DNA from: Bacilli bacterium
GTDB lineage: Bacteria > Bacillota_I > Bacilli_A > RF39 > UBA660
Length of the DNA: 64,000 nt
Reading direction: 5' to 3'
NCBI GenBank assembly: GCA_045541255.1
Contig: JAZQIU010000045.1
Location: 2,497 to 66,496 of the forward strand
The notes under the pieces were generated by a model that was not told the origin of the DNA, searched no databases, and worked only from the letters and a program-made list of their open reading frames with translations. The number at the start of each line of letters is the position of its first letter. The stretch's first letter is position 1. The position numbers and the translations under genes were made by a program. Below, piece by piece: positions 28,320 through 37,582 of this stretch.

Positions 28320-28397
28320 CTATCTAAATAATAGTATAAATACTAAAATAAATAGAAGAAGTATTATGAAATAAAAAGTTTTTTCTCTAGTAGTCAT
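28320..28397 (-). CDS. 25-aa hydrophobic peptide (candidate type I toxin), paralogue of 12994..13071
   Basis: MTTREKTFYFIILLLFILVFILLFR. It differs from copy A at I3T and L8F plus one synonymous change. The hydrophobic core is identical. Confidence 0.5.
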   Translation of the reverse strand: MTTREKTFYFIILLLFILVFILLFR

Positions 28398-28515
28398 AAC
28401 CTCACCTCTTTAAAATTAATTGTAAGGAGTGCAACTAACGCATGTTAAACATATCATTGAATATGATTATATACTTGTATTTTTATACAAGTTATTTTTA
28501 TGTAATTTTACAAAT

Positions 28516-28537
28516 AAAAAACGAAGATATTCTTCGT
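28516..28537 (-). terminator. intrinsic terminator of rpmB
   Basis: On the - strand: ACGAAGA-ata-TCTTCGT followed by T-rich 'TTTTTTATTT'. Confidence 0.65.
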
Positions 28538-28541
28538 ATTA

Positions 28542-28736
28542 TTAAGCAGCTTTTTCTTCAGTTTTTTTTGTTTCAGCTTTTCTCATTGTTCTTGCTTCTC
28601 TTGCAGTTAATTTAACTTTTTGTCCATCAATTGTATATGTTTGTAAATTTGGATTTTGACGCATCTTTGTTGCATTTAATGCATGAGATCTTTTATTTCC
28701 AAATAAAGGTTTTTTAGTTGTAACTTTTGTTGCCAT
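28542..28736 (-). CDS. rpmB: 50S ribosomal protein L28
   Basis: 'GNKRSHALNATKMRQNPNLQ' is a canonical L28 sequence. Confidence 0.95.
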   Translation of the reverse strand: MATKVTTKKPLFGNKRSHALNATKMRQNPNLQTYTIDGQKVKLTAREARTMRKAETKKTEEKAA

Positions 28737-28767
28737 ACTTTTCCCTCCTTAATAAGAATTCTAGTTG

Positions 28768-28796
28768 AGTTTATCATATAAAATTCCAAAAGTCAA
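28768..28796 (-). promoter_or_regulatory. promoter of rpmB
   Basis: On the - strand: TTGACT, 17-nt spacer, TAAACT. Confidence 0.5.
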
Positions 28797-28864
28797 ATAA
28801 ACTTTGATAAAAATGCTTAAAAATATTTATTATTTATTATATAATAGGCTTAGAGGTGGTAATC

Positions 28865-31714
28865 GTGAATTATATTTATTTAGGTGTAGTTACTGATTAC
28901 ACTTTACTTTCTAGTTTAATAAAAATAGATGATTTAATTAATTATTTAAAAAGTAATAATATAAATACTGTAGGTATATTAAATGATAATTTATATAGTA
29001 CTATGGAATTTTATAATAAATGTAAAAAAAATAATATTAAACCTATAATAGGTTATATAAGAAAAATAGACGATAAAAAGTTTTATATTTATCCTAAAAA
29101 TTATAATGGGTTAATAGATTTATTTAATGAAAGATATGAGACTAATAATTTAATGTGTGTAATACCTTTAGAATATAAAGAATTATTTAATGAATTAGAG
29201 TATGAGGATAAATATATTAGTTATAAAAATAAAGATGAATTAAAGAATGCATTGTTAATAACTAGTAATGTATTATGTGTAAATGAAATATATGCTTTTA
29301 GTAAAGAGGATGCAAAGTATGTCAATTATTTACATATGATAGATAAAGGGTATACAATTAGTAATTATAATTTTAATGATTATACTAATAATACTTTCAT
29401 AGAAAATGTAGATGATTTTGATATAAGTACTACAAATAAATTTGCTGATTTAATAGATTTAAGTATAAGCACAAGTATTAAATATATTCCTAAGTATTGT
29501 GATAATTCTTTTGAATATTTAAAGAATTTGAGTATAAAAGGATTAAAAAAACGACTTGGGGATAATATTACTAATGATTATAAAAAACGTTTATTGTATG
29601 AATTAAATGTAATAAATGATATGGGATATGTAGACTATTTTTTAATAGTTTTTGATTATGTTAAATTTAGTAAAACAAATGATATATTAGTTGGACCTGG
29701 GAGGGGAAGTGCAGCAGGTTCTTTGGTATCTTATAGTTTAGGTATAACTGAGATTGATCCTATAAAGTATGATTTATTATTTGAAAGATTTTTAAATCCT
29801 GAAAGAATTACAATGCCTGATATTGATATAGATTTTGATGCTTTAAAGCGATATAAAGTAATAGATTATGTTACTGAAAAATATGGTAAAGATTCTGTTA
29901 GTAATATAATGACTTATTCTACATTAAGTAGTAAACAAGTACTTAGAGATGTATCTAAATGTTTAGAAGTGGATTCTAAGATTATAGATAAATTATGTTC
30001 TTATGTAGAAGCGAAGTTAAGTTTAAAAAATAATTTAAATGATAGTGTTAAAGAATTATTGAATCAATTTAGTAATTTGAAGAGTGCTTATATGGTAGCT
30101 ATGAAGTTAGAAGGTTTGAAAAGACAAATAGGTACACATGCAGCCGGTGTTGTAATAAGTAGCGAAAAATTAACAAATGTTATTCCTGTTATTAAAAATG
30201 GTGAAAATAATTTAACTGGTTACACTATGGAATATTTAGAAGAATTAGGTTTATTAAAAATGGACTTTTTAGCTATAAAAGATTTAAGTATTTTAGATGC
30301 CATTATTAAAAGTATAGAAGAAAGATTGGGTAGAAAAATAAATATTCATTCTATACCATTAGATGATGAAAAAACTTATTTTGAGTTTGTAAGAGGTAAT
30401 ACAAGTGGAGTATTCCAATTTGAAAGTAGTGGAATGAAAAATTTCTTACGTAAATTAAAACCAAATTGTTTTCAAGATTTAATTGCAGCATTAGCATTAT
30501 TTAGACCAGGACCTATGGGTAATATAGATACCTATATTGCACGTAAAAATGGTAAGGAAGAAGTTATATATCCACATGAAAGTTTAGAACCTATATTAAA
30601 AGATACTTATGGAATTATTATTTATCAAGAACAAATAATGCAAATTTTATCTAAAATGGCTAATTATAGTTATGCAGAAAGTGATTTAATTAGAAGAGCA
30701 ATTAGTAAGAAGAAATTAAATGTAATAGAAGAAGAAAAAAGTAAGTTTGTTAATAATTCAGTTAAGAATGGATATAGTGAAGAGGTAGCGAATGAAGTCT
30801 ATGAATTAATTGTTAAGTTTGCTAATTATGGCTTTAATAAATCTCATTCTGTTGCGTATGCTTTAATAGGTTATGAAATGTGTTTTTTAAAGACACATTA
30901 TCCAATATATTTTTATACTGCTTTATTAAACTTTAATATTGGTAGTGAAAGTAAAACAAAAGAATATTTAGATTGTTTAAAACGCTTAAAAATTAGTATT
31001 TGTAAACCTGATATTAATTTAAGTACTAATAAGTATCAAGTAGTGGATAATAAGTTATTATTGCCAATAAATATAATTAAGAATGTTGGGTCTAGTGTTG
31101 TTGATATTATAGTTAAAGTACGTGATAAAAAGTTTGAAGATTATTTTGATTTTGTAAAAAAAGTTAATGTTAACAATTTTGGTAAAAAAACTATGGAATT
31201 ATTAATTATGGCTGGATGTTGTGATAGTTTTGGAATTAATAGGCATACTATGATTCAAAATTTAGATGATGCTATTACTTATAGTGAGTTGAGTAGTGAT
31301 TTAGACGATATGCTAGTTAGTAAACCAAATTTAAAAGAATTTGAAGAATATTCAAATAGTGAACTTGTTAAAAATGAAAAAGAATTATATGGTTTTTATT
31401 TATCGGATCATCCTGTTACTAAATATAATAATAGTGTTAAATTAATTAGTTTAAATCAATATTTTGATAAAACTATTAATATGTATGTTTATGTTGAAGA
31501 GGTTAGAAGAATAAAAACAAAAAGTAAAGATAGTATGGCATTTATGATATGTAGTGATGAAACTGAAATAATGGATTTTATAGTATTCCCAAACAAATTT
31601 AATTTGATAAAAGATATTAAAGTTGGAGATATTATAAGAGTTTATGGTAAAGTTGAAAGAAGATATGATAAATTTCAAATACTTGTTAATGATGTGCAAA
31701 AAGTTCTCGAATAG
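28865..31714 (+). CDS. dnaE: DNA polymerase III alpha subunit (DnaE type), short form with degenerate PHP motif
   Basis: 'GPGRGSAAGSLVSYSLGITEIDPIKYDLLFERFLNPERITMPDIDIDF' is the Pol III alpha core. The likely start is the GTG at 28865, after AGAGGTGG. The N-terminus reads 'YLGVVTDYTLL' where the HxH motif is expected. Confidence 0.9.
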   Translation: MNYIYLGVVTDYTLLSSLIKIDDLINYLKSNNINTVGILNDNLYSTMEFYNKCKKNNIKPIIGYIRKIDDKKFYIYPKNYNGLIDLFNERYETNNLMCVIPLEYKELFNELEYEDKYISYKNKDELKNALLITSNVLCVNEIYAFSKEDAKYVNYLHMIDKGYTISNYNFNDYTNNTFIENVDDFDISTTNKFADLIDLSISTSIKYIPKYCDNSFEYLKNLSIKGLKKRLGDNITNDYKKRLLYELNVINDMGYVDYFLIVFDYVKFSKTNDILVGPGRGSAAGSLVSYSLGITEIDPIKYDLLFERFLNPERITMPDIDIDFDALKRYKVIDYVTEKYGKDSVSNIMTYSTLSSKQVLRDVSKCLEVDSKIIDKLCSYVEAKLSLKNNLNDSVKELLNQFSNLKSAYMVAMKLEGLKRQIGTHAAGVVISSEKLTNVIPVIKNGENNLTGYTMEYLEELGLLKMDFLAIKDLSILDAIIKSIEERLGRKINIHSIPLDDEKTYFEFVRGNTSGVFQFESSGMKNFLRKLKPNCFQDLIAALALFRPGPMGNIDTYIARKNGKEEVIYPHESLEPILKDTYGIIIYQEQIMQILSKMANYSYAESDLIRRAISKKKLNVIEEEKSKFVNNSVKNGYSEEVANEVYELIVKFANYGFNKSHSVAYALIGYEMCFLKTHYPIYFYTALLNFNIGSESKTKEYLDCLKRLKISICKPDINLSTNKYQVVDNKLLLPINIIKNVGSSVVDIIVKVRDKKFEDYFDFVKKVNVNNFGKKTMELLIMAGCCDSFGINRHTMIQNLDDAITYSELSSDLDDMLVSKPNLKEFEEYSNSELVKNEKELYGFYLSDHPVTKYNNSVKLISLNQYFDKTINMYVYVEEVRRIKTKSKDSMAFMICSDETEIMDFIVFPNKFNLIKDIKVGDIIRVYGKVERRYDKFQILVNDVQKVLE

Positions 31715-31755
31715 AGAACTTTTTTTGATAAAGAAAAAACAGATAATAGTTTTTA

Positions 31756-32358
31756 TTATCTGTTGTAGAATTCAACGATTAATGATTCATTAATTTCAGC
31801 GTTAAGTTCATTTCTTTCTGGTAATCTAACAAAAGTACCTGTTAATTTTTTGTTATCAAATTCAACAAATGCTGGAGTTTTGATATTTAATTCTATAGTA
31901 TTTAAAATAGCTTTATGTTCTTTAGAATTTTCTCTAACAGCGATTACATCACCAGGTTTACAAATATAACTAGGAATATCTACTTTAATTCCATTAACTT
32001 CGATATGTCCATGGTTTACGATTTGTCTAGCAGCACGTCTAGTAGTTGCAAGACCCATTCTATAAACTAAGTTATCTAATCTACTTTCTAATAGTTTTAA
32101 GAAGTTTTCACCAGTTATACCTTTCATTTTAGAAGCTTTATCAAAAGTTCTTCTAAATTGTTTTTCATTTAATCCATACATAAATCTAACTTTTTGTTTT
32201 TCTTGTAATTGGATTCCGTATTCACTTACTTTTTTTCTTCTAGAAGTTCCATGAATTCCAGGAGCGTAAGGTCTACGTGCTAATTCTTTTCCATTTTCTA
32301 ATGTAGAAAAACCAAGTCTACGAGATTTTTTGTATGCAGGACCTGTATATCTTGACAT
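31756..32358 (-). CDS. rpsD: 30S ribosomal protein S4
   Basis: ATG at 32358 gives '[16 protein letters not shown]...'. A terminator hairpin ACAGATAATA/TATTATCTGT overlaps the stop. Confidence 0.95.
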   Translation of the reverse strand: MSRYTGPAYKKSRRLGFSTLENGKELARRPYAPGIHGTSRRKKVSEYGIQLQEKQKVRFMYGLNEKQFRRTFDKASKMKGITGENFLKLLESRLDNLVYRMGLATTRRAARQIVNHGHIEVNGIKVDIPSYICKPGDVIAVRENSKEHKAILNTIELNIKTPAFVEFDNKKLTGTFVRLPERNELNAEINESLIVEFYNR

Positions 32359-32597
32359 AATATTTCTCCTTCCTTTAATTTTACGATTCATGTAATAATA
32401 TTATTAATAGGGTGTTATTTATTCTTTCACTTTGGCAGTCAAGCTACTAGATACAAGAAATAAACACATTATTAAAATTATTATTAATCTGCCACAAATA
32501 CGCAATATAAATTATACATTATTTTTTTTATTTGTCAAATATTATTGGATTATATTTATATTTATGTTATTATATTTTGGAATTAAGGAGTGATTTT

Positions 32598-33347
32598 ATG
32601 TCATTAAATGATACTATAAAGTATAATGAAACAATTAAAAGATTACAAAATACATATAAAAAATTTCAAACTAAAGAGGATTTGTGGTATGGGAAAGTAG
32701 TATCTGTTGTTATTCCAGTACCTTATATTAATGATGAAGGTATATTAGCTTATCAAGATCAAACTATGTATAATATTGTATCTTATAATGGTGGTTATCT
32801 AATGCATGATTGTTTTTATAAATATAAGATTAATGAAAGTAGACAATGTATTGTAGCATATTTGAAGAAACCAGATGATGTTGCTCGTACTATTAAAGAG
32901 GAGAAAGCTAGTACAGTTTTAGGTAAACTTAATAAAGGATATAAATATAGCTATGGTGCTTTAAATGAATATGGTACTATGATAATACAACCTTTATTTG
33001 ATGGTATAGAATTTGGTGGAGATAATACTTTTATATGTGAATATAAAGGGAAATATGGGTATTTAGATTCTTTTGGTAGACAACTAACTCCTATAAAATA
33101 TAATTTTGCTTATAAGTTTAATGATGGTGTAGCTAGAGTTAAAACTTGGCGAAATCAAACAGGGTATATTGACATTGAATCACCAATAAATAATATATTT
33201 GATGAAACACAATATATAAAGTTTGGCAATTTTGTTGGAACAGATTTTGAAAATGGTAGTTTTGTTATTTATCAACTAGGAACCAAAGTACGTTATGATA
33301 GAAAAGGTAATTATTTAGAAGCTGGACCAACAAAAATTTATAGATAA
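32598..33347 (+). CDS. WG-repeat (KWG) containing protein
   Basis: ATG at 32598 after AAGGAG. Repeats 'YGYLDSFGRQLTPIKYNFAYKFNDGVARVK'. Confidence 0.6.
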   Translation: MSLNDTIKYNETIKRLQNTYKKFQTKEDLWYGKVVSVVIPVPYINDEGILAYQDQTMYNIVSYNGGYLMHDCFYKYKINESRQCIVAYLKKPDDVARTIKEEKASTVLGKLNKGYKYSYGALNEYGTMIIQPLFDGIEFGGDNTFICEYKGKYGYLDSFGRQLTPIKYNFAYKFNDGVARVKTWRNQTGYIDIESPINNIFDETQYIKFGNFVGTDFENGSFVIYQLGTKVRYDRKGNYLEAGPTKIYR

Positions 33348-33353
33348 TAAATC

Positions 33354-33382
33354 TTTACAAAGTAAATTTGGTTTGTTATAAT
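33354..33382 (+). promoter_or_regulatory. promoter of the rimP-nusA-ylxR-infB operon
   Basis: TTTACA, 17-nt spacer, TGtTATAAT (extended -10). Confidence 0.6.
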
Positions 33383-33397
33383 ACATTTGACAGATTT

Positions 33398-33426
33398 AAG
33401 TGGGCAGAATATCCCACTTTTATTTA
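33398..33426 (+). promoter_or_regulatory. leader hairpin + U-tract (possible attenuator) ahead of rimP
   Basis: AAGTGGG-cagaatat-CCCACTT followed by TTTATTTATGTTTT, located between the promoter and the rimP RBS. Confidence 0.4.
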
Positions 33427-33442
33427 TGTTTTGGAGGGAACT

Positions 33443-33694
33443 ATGGATAGTGTTTTAGAAAAAATTAAAGAATTAATAAGTGAACCAATTAGTAAATTAG
33501 ATTTAGTTGTAGATTCTATCGAATATGTAAGTGTTGGGAAGAATAATTTTTTAAACATTGTATTAGATAGAATAAATGGTATTGATTTAGATACTATAGT
33601 TGAAGCAACTAATATAATTAATCCTATAATAGACGAATATGATTTAATTGATGATGAATATATCTTAGATATTTCTAGTAAGGAGAGAGGTTAA
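33443..33694 (+). CDS. rimP: ribosome maturation factor RimP, N-terminal domain only (83 aa)
   Basis: Position immediately 5' of nusA. 'LEKIKELISEPISKLDLVVDSIEYVSVGKNNFLNIVLD' resembles the RimP N-domain. Stop at 33692-33694, nusA ATG at 33696. Confidence 0.6.
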   Translation: MDSVLEKIKELISEPISKLDLVVDSIEYVSVGKNNFLNIVLDRINGIDLDTIVEATNIINPIIDEYDLIDDEYILDISSKERG

Positions 33695-33695
33695 A

Positions 33696-34817
33696 ATGAA
33701 TGGTAAAGAATTTATAAAAGCAGTTAAATTAATTACTGAGGAAAAAGGTATAAGTGAAGATGTAGTATTTGAAGGAATGGAACAAGCTTTAATTACTGCA
33801 TATAAAAAGAATTTTAAGAAACAAACTAATGTTAAAGTAGATATTAATAGAACTACAGGGGATATTAAAGTATTTAAATATTTTGTAGTTGTTGACGAAT
33901 ATCATGAAGGAGAAGAATACATCGATGAGGAAGGTAATACTAAATTTACTGAACCAGATATTAATGAAGATGCACAAGTATTGTTAGAAGATATTGTTGA
34001 GAAATATCCAGATGCTAAAGTTGGAGATGTTATTCAAGAAGAAGTAACTCCACAAGATTTTGGTAGGATTGCAACAAGTACTGCTAAACAAGTTTTAACT
34101 CAAAAGGTAAGAGAAGCTGAAAGAGCAAGTATTATGGCTGATTTTGAAGATAAACAAGATGAAATTATGGTTGGTAATCTTGCAATGGAAGATGCAAAAA
34201 ATTATTATGTTGATTTAGGTAGAAGTAGAGGAATTCTTCCTAAGAGTGAAATAATTCCTGGTGAAACTTTGAAAATGGGAAGTAGTATAAGAGTATATAT
34301 TAGTAAAATAGAAGAAACTACTAAAGGACCTTTAATTCTTTGTACTAGAAAACATTATGGTTTTGTTAAAAGATTATTTGAAAGTATTGTTCCAGAATTT
34401 AAAGATGGTATTTTATTATTACATGGTGTAGCTCGTGAAGCTGGTGTAAGAAGTAAAGTTGCTGTTTCAAGTTTAAATCCTAATATAGATCCTATTGGAG
34501 CTTGTATTGGTGAAAGAGGAAGCAGAATTGCTTCTATCTTAGCAGAATTAAATGGAGAAAAAGTTGATTTAGTTTTATATAGCGAAGATAATGCTGAATA
34601 TATTAAGAATGCTTTAAGTCCTGCAAAAGATGTTATTGTAAGTATTATTGATGATACTAAAAATCGTGAAGCTTTAGCAGTTGTTAATGATGAAAATCAA
34701 AGATTAGCAATTGGTAAAGGTGGTATAAATATTAAACTTGCTAGTAAATTAACTAAGTTTAGAATAAACATAAAAACTATGGAACAAATTAATGAAGAAG
34801 GAAATAAAGATGAATAA
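33696..34817 (+). CDS. nusA: transcription termination/antitermination factor NusA
   Basis: S1 and KH domains, 'ACIGERGSRIASILAELNGEKVDLV'. Confidence 0.95.
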   Translation: MNGKEFIKAVKLITEEKGISEDVVFEGMEQALITAYKKNFKKQTNVKVDINRTTGDIKVFKYFVVVDEYHEGEEYIDEEGNTKFTEPDINEDAQVLLEDIVEKYPDAKVGDVIQEEVTPQDFGRIATSTAKQVLTQKVREAERASIMADFEDKQDEIMVGNLAMEDAKNYYVDLGRSRGILPKSEIIPGETLKMGSSIRVYISKIEETTKGPLILCTRKHYGFVKRLFESIVPEFKDGILLLHGVAREAGVRSKVAVSSLNPNIDPIGACIGERGSRIASILAELNGEKVDLVLYSEDNAEYIKNALSPAKDVIVSIIDDTKNREALAVVNDENQRLAIGKGGINIKLASKLTKFRINIKTMEQINEEGNKDE

Positions 34818-35067
34818 AAAAATTCCTATGCGTACTTGTGTAGTTACAAAAGAAAAACTTCCTAAAAAAGAACTTATAAGAATTGTACGTAATAAAGATG
34901 GGGAAGTAAGTGTTGATGAAACAGGTAAACAAAATGGTAAAGGTGTTTATTTAAAACGTGATTTAGAAGTTGTTAATAAAGCTAGAAGTAATAAATCTTT
35001 AAATAGATATTTAGAGTGTGAGGTTAATGATTCTATATATGAAGAATTACTTGAATTAATAAAATAA
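34810..35067 (+). CDS. ylxR: YlxR/RnpM family (DUF448) RNA-binding protein
   Basis: 'PMRTCVVTKEKLPKKELIRIV...GKGVYL'. Confidence 0.85.
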   Translation: MNKKIPMRTCVVTKEKLPKKELIRIVRNKDGEVSVDETGKQNGKGVYLKRDLEVVNKARSNKSLNRYLECEVNDSIYEELLELIK

Positions 35068-35084
35068 TAGAAAGAAGGTATTTT

Positions 35085-37196
35085 ATGACAGTAAAAGATT
35101 ATGCTAATGAGTCTGGTTTTACAGTTCAAGAAGTATTAGAAAAATGTAGAGAGTTAGATATTAAATGTAATAATGCTGATGATTATTTAGATGATGATGG
35201 AATTATTATGTTGGATAATTGCATGCATTTAATTAGTACTGAAACAGAAATGGATTATGAAGCGATAGATGAATTAGATGAAGCAGTTGAAAATATAATG
35301 TTAGATTCTAATTTAGCGACTAAAGAAAAAAACACTGTAGTAAAGAAACAAAAAGTAAAGAAAAAAGGCGTTAATGAAAATGCTAAGAGTGAGTATTTGA
35401 AAAATAAGAAAGCTATGTATAAGAACAAAGAAAAATTATCTACTAATGAGGTTGATGAAAATGTTGTTTTATACAAAGAAGGAATGTCTTTAGGTGAACT
35501 TGCTAATGCATTAAATGTTTCTGCTGCTGAATTAATGAAGAAATTATTTAATATGGGTATGATGATTACTATTAATCAATCTATAGATTTTGAAAATGCA
35601 GAAATAGTTTCATTAGAATATGGTAAAACTTTAAAAAGAGAAGAAACTCAAGATATTTCAAATTTTGAAGAATATGAAATAGTTGATAATGAAAATGATT
35701 TAGTTAATCGTCCTCCAGTTATAACTATTATGGGACATGTAGATCATGGTAAAACAAGTTTATTAGACTATATTAGAAATAGTCATGTGGTTGATAAAGA
35801 ATTTGGTGGAATAACACAACATATTGGTGCATATCAAATTAATTATAATGATAATAAGATTACTTTTATAGATACTCCAGGACATGCTGCATTTACAGAA
35901 ATGCGTGCTAGAGGAGCAAGTATAACAGATATAGTTATTATCATTGTCGCTGCAGATGATGGGGTTATGCCTCAAACTAAGGAAGCAATAGATCATGCTT
36001 TAGCAGCTAATGTTCCTATAGTAGTTGCAGTTAATAAAATTGATAAACCAGAAGCAAATGTTGAAAGAATTAAAACGCAAATGGCTGAACATAATATTAC
36101 TCCTGAAGAATGGGGTGGAAATATACCATTTGTTGAAATTAGTGCAAAAACTGGTCAAGGTATAGATAATTTATTAGATACATTATTAGCAATAAGTGAA
36201 ATGGAAGAATTAAAAGCTAATCCAAATCGTTATGCAGTAGGTACTGTTATAGAATCTCGTGTTGATAAATCTATAGGTGGAGTTGCTACATTATTAATTC
36301 AAAATGGTACTTTAAGATTAGGTGATCCTATAGTTGTAGGTACTGCACATGGTAGAGTTAGAACATTTAAAAATGATTTAGGAGAAAATATTGTTGAAGC
36401 TGGTCCAAGTACTCCAGTTGAAATTACTGGTCTTTCAGATAATCCATCTGCTGGAGATAAATTTATGGCTTTTGAAACTGAAAAACTTGCTCGCGAAATT
36501 GCAGAAAAGAGATTAATTCAATCTAAAGCATCAATTAAGAAAGAAGTAGTTAACTTTGAAAATTTATTTGCTCAAATGCAATCAGGTGTTAAAGAAATTA
36601 ATGTAGTTTTAAAATGTGATGTTCGAGGCTCAGAAGAAGCTGTTAAAAATGCGTTAGAAAAAATTGATGTTGAAGGTGTTAGAGTAAAAATTATAAGAAG
36701 TGGTATTGGAACTATTACTGAATCAGATATAGTTTTAGCGAATGCTAGTAATGCAATTGTAATTGGATTTAATGTTGTTCCTAGTGCAATAACTAAAGAA
36801 GTAGCTAAAGAATATAGCGTTGAATTAAGACTATATACTATTATTTATAAATTAGTTGAAGAAATGGAACTTGCTATGAAAGGTATGTTAGATCCTGAAT
36901 ATGAAGAACAAGTAATTGGTAGTGCTGAAGTTAGAAGAATATTTACATTCTCTAAAGTTGGTAAGATTGCTGGAGTTATGGTAACAGATGGAATTATTAA
37001 ATCAACTGCTAATGTTAGAGTTGTTCGTGATGGTGTTATCATATATGATGGTAAAGTTGGAAGTTTACAACGTGAAAAAGATTCTGTAAAAGAAGTTAAA
37101 CGTGGATTCGAATGTGGTGTTACTATAGACGGATATAGTGATATTAAAGAACAAGATGTATTTGAATTCTATGAAAATGTTTTGGTAAAAAGATAA
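35085..37196 (+). CDS. infB: translation initiation factor IF-2
   Basis: G-domain '[12 protein letters not shown]', 'DTPGH', 'NKID'. Confidence 0.95.
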   Translation: MTVKDYANESGFTVQEVLEKCRELDIKCNNADDYLDDDGIIMLDNCMHLISTETEMDYEAIDELDEAVENIMLDSNLATKEKNTVVKKQKVKKKGVNENAKSEYLKNKKAMYKNKEKLSTNEVDENVVLYKEGMSLGELANALNVSAAELMKKLFNMGMMITINQSIDFENAEIVSLEYGKTLKREETQDISNFEEYEIVDNENDLVNRPPVITIMGHVDHGKTSLLDYIRNSHVVDKEFGGITQHIGAYQINYNDNKITFIDTPGHAAFTEMRARGASITDIVIIIVAADDGVMPQTKEAIDHALAANVPIVVAVNKIDKPEANVERIKTQMAEHNITPEEWGGNIPFVEISAKTGQGIDNLLDTLLAISEMEELKANPNRYAVGTVIESRVDKSIGGVATLLIQNGTLRLGDPIVVGTAHGRVRTFKNDLGENIVEAGPSTPVEITGLSDNPSAGDKFMAFETEKLAREIAEKRLIQSKASIKKEVVNFENLFAQMQSGVKEINVVLKCDVRGSEEAVKNALEKIDVEGVRVKIIRSGIGTITESDIVLANASNAIVIGFNVVPSAITKEVAKEYSVELRLYTIIYKLVEEMELAMKGMLDPEYEEQVIGSAEVRRIFTFSKVGKIAGVMVTDGIIKSTANVRVVRDGVIIYDGKVGSLQREKDSVKEVKRGFECGVTIDGYSDIKEQDVFEFYENVLVKR

Positions 37197-37221
37197 AAAG
37201 TTGTTTGTTAACAACTTTTTT
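37195..37221 (+). terminator. intrinsic terminator after infB
   Basis: AAAAGTTGTT-tgtt-AACAACTTTT followed by a T-run. Confidence 0.7.
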
Positions 37222-37230
37222 TGTATTGTT

Positions 37231-37259
37231 TTGTCAAATGATTTGAAATAAATTATAGT
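37231..37259 (+). promoter_or_regulatory. sense promoter of family-2 element copy 1
   Basis: TTGTCA (37231-37236), 17-nt spacer, TATAGT (37254-37259). Confidence 0.6.
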
Positions 37260-37336
37260 TAGTTTATAATAACTAACCGAACATTCAATTAGTTAATGCC
37301 TGCCTCATACTTGAAAGATAGAAAGAGGTTTGATAT

Positions 37337-37423
37337 ATGAGTATAAAAAGTTTCTTGATAAAAGTACTTGATAGACTTATTATCATTTTATCTTTAATCC
37401 TCCTACAAGGGTTTTGGAGATAA
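37337..37423 (+). CDS. 28-aa hydrophobic peptide (candidate type I toxin)
   Basis: AAGAGG RBS then MSIKSFLIKVLDRLIIILSLILLQGFWR. The peptide is identical in copy 2 despite two nucleotide changes, both synonymous. Confidence 0.55.
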   Translation: MSIKSFLIKVLDRLIIILSLILLQGFWR

Positions 37424-37503
37424 AAAAACGACATTAACCGATGGTTAATGTCTAACCCAATGAGGTAGACATTCAACTTGGACATTGAATGTTCTATCTT
37501 CAT
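37422..37503 (-). ncRNA. candidate antisense RNA (about 80 nt) to the 3' UTR of the 28-aa ORF
   Basis: A - strand promoter lies at 37510-37538. The - strand terminator is GACATTAACC-atc-GGTTAATGTC followed by T-rich 'GTTTTTTT', ending at the ORF stop. Confidence 0.5.
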
Positions 37504-37509
37504 AAGTTA

Positions 37510-37538
37510 ATTTTAACATATTATAAATATTGTGTCAA
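37510..37538 (-). promoter_or_regulatory. antisense promoter of family-2 element copy 1
   Basis: On the - strand: TTGACA (37538-37533), 17-nt spacer, TAAAAT (37515-37510). Confidence 0.6.
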
Positions 37539-37582
37539 AAAGTTATTAATGGTAAAATATAGATAGAAATGAGGGAAAAATC

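Larger units (their letters stand above)
28198..28456 (-). repeat. family-1 small-ORF/antisense element, copy B (inverted relative to 12927..13195)
   Basis: The reverse complement aligns with copy A along its whole length. The hairpins are conserved. Confidence 0.85.
37221..37496 (+). repeat. family-2 small-ORF/antisense element, copy 1 (direct repeat of 46233..46508)
   Basis: About 276 bp is collinear with 46233..46508, mostly identical, with a divergent patch in the 5' UTR. Confidence 0.9.

Noticed and set aside
12927-28456. Reading the inverted family-1 copies as the ends of a composite transposon or IS-bounded island
   Set aside because: No transposase or integrase lies between or next to them, and the enclosed genes are largely housekeeping (ogg, recX, prsA, tRNAs). 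The repeats themselves have the structure of expressed small-ORF/antisense modules, not terminal inverted repeats.
37221-37496. Interpreting family-2 elements as 6S RNA or another housekeeping structured ncRNA, because of the closing 5'/3' stem
   Set aside because: There are two copies with an RBS-preceded ORF whose only differences are synonymous, together with a convergent promoter and terminator on the other strand. That fits a peptide-plus-antisense module better. I could not identify 6S, SRP, tmRNA or RNase P signature sequences.
37285-37503. 72-aa ORF on the - strand across family-2 element copy 1
   Set aside because: The equivalent frame is not open in copy 2, where no ORF of 60 aa or more is listed. 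The + strand 28-aa ORF, by contrast, is perfectly conserved. The - strand is better explained as a short non-coding antisense RNA.
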